Shown here: positions 63,739-64,000 of the stretch, piece after piece
Layout of the letters: every line of letters starts with the position of its first letter
Numbering within the stretch: position 1 is the first letter of the stretch
NCBI GenBank assembly: GCA_017545905.1
Contig: JAFWXL010000044.1
Span: forward strand, 758-64,757
From: Clostridia bacterium
Lineage (GTDB): Bacteria > Bacillota > Clostridia > Christensenellales > Aristaeellaceae
Direction of reading: 5' to 3'
DNA length: 64,000 nucleotides
Program-made: the position numbers and the translations under genes
The notes under the pieces: generated by a model
Databases searched by the model: none
Told to the model about the DNA's origin: nothing
Seen by the model: only the letters and a program-made list of their open reading frames with translations

Positions 63739-63819
63739 TACTGACGGGGCAAAAAGAAAACACCCAATATCTGTTGGGTGTTTTCTTTTTGGAATCCGGC
63801 AGTGTCCTACTCTCCCGGG
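63722..63819. repeat. 98-nt near-perfect palindrome (inverted repeat) centred on a terminator hairpin
   Basis: The inner 17-bp arms 63751-63767 and 63774-63790 are perfectly complementary. The outer 17-nt blocks 63722-63738 and 63803-63819 are complementary with one mismatch. The middle 12 nt are partly complementary. Confidence 0.8.
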
Positions 63820-63905
63820 CCGCTTCGCCGGGCTGCATCGCCCACTGGGCGCGCCCGGCTACGCGCTAGCCAAGTACTATGCTGCACGTTAACTGGGATA
63901 GCCGG
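63794..63905 (-). ncRNA. 5S-rRNA-like relic or unclassified structured RNA (not a canonical 5S)
   Basis: The minus-strand 3' end GGGAGAGTAGGACACTGCCGGA resembles the bacterial 5S 3' end, and the termini TCCGGC/GCCGGA can pair. AGTTAA and GTACTTGG fragments are present, but loop C (CCGAAC) and GCGCCGATGG are absent. No 23S sequence is adjacent. Confidence 0.3.
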
Positions 63906-64000
63906 ATAATAAAAACTTGTCGATTGGATATGAAAAAAGCCCAAGACACCGTCTGAGGATTCGCAGTAAGCGCTCCCGGGCGTTGCCCGTGGACTTCATT

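Noticed and set aside
63794-63905. A call as a genuine 5S rRNA gene.
   Set aside because: Only the 3' end and a few fragments match 5S. The loop C (CCGAAC) and GCGCCGATGGTAG regions are missing, the helix II/III region is too short, and the helix IV region is about 40 nt too long. No 23S sequence lies upstream. It is kept only as a low-confidence 5S-like relic.
1-64000. CRISPR arrays, IS elements, integrases, prophage genes, toxin-antitoxin pairs and restriction-modification systems.
   Set aside because: Reading both strands, I found no regularly spaced direct repeats. None of the ORFs has transposase, recombinase, capsid, terminase, Cas or methylase/endonuclease motifs. The only notable repeat is the palindrome at 63722-63819.

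Overview
This is a 64-kb, GC-rich, gene-dense chromosomal segment. It looks like a spore-forming Clostridia-class Firmicute, based on alpha/beta SASPs, CotH, YqfC/YqfD and butyrate kinase; an Oscillospiraceae-like origin is inference only. I call about 61 intact CDS, one tRNA-Gly(GCC), one decayed radical-SAM/SPASM pseudogene, one 5S-like RNA relic inside a long palindrome, and a set of intrinsic terminators and sigma-A-like promoters. The content is overwhelmingly housekeeping: a TctCBA transporter; an amino-acid ABC transporter cluster with an embedded aminotransferase and GldA-like dehydrogenase; enolase; the conserved plsX-acpP-rnc-smc-ftsY block; recR-ybaB; the rfbABCD dTDP-rhamnose genes; xth; fba; trmB; and the yqfC-yqfD-phoH-pgpH-ybeY/cdd-era block. 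I saw no CRISPR array, transposase, integrase, prophage or recognisable defence module, and no convincing discrete novel multi-gene system. The best leads are an XRE-HTH fused to desulforedoxin and superoxide-reductase-like iron domains (48388-48972), an uncharacterised ATP-dependent Fe-S activase/dehydratase-like pair (21679-25980), and a 98-nt near-perfect palindrome with 5S-rRNA-3'-end-like arms next to a truncated radical-SAM gene (62913-63905). Weaker leads are a YbeY-cytidine deaminase fusion, a Q/N-rich SASP and a family of secreted SH3b paralogs. The many long antisense ORFs in the track are GC-driven shadows of the real genes. All product calls rest on motif recognition by eye, not on database searches.
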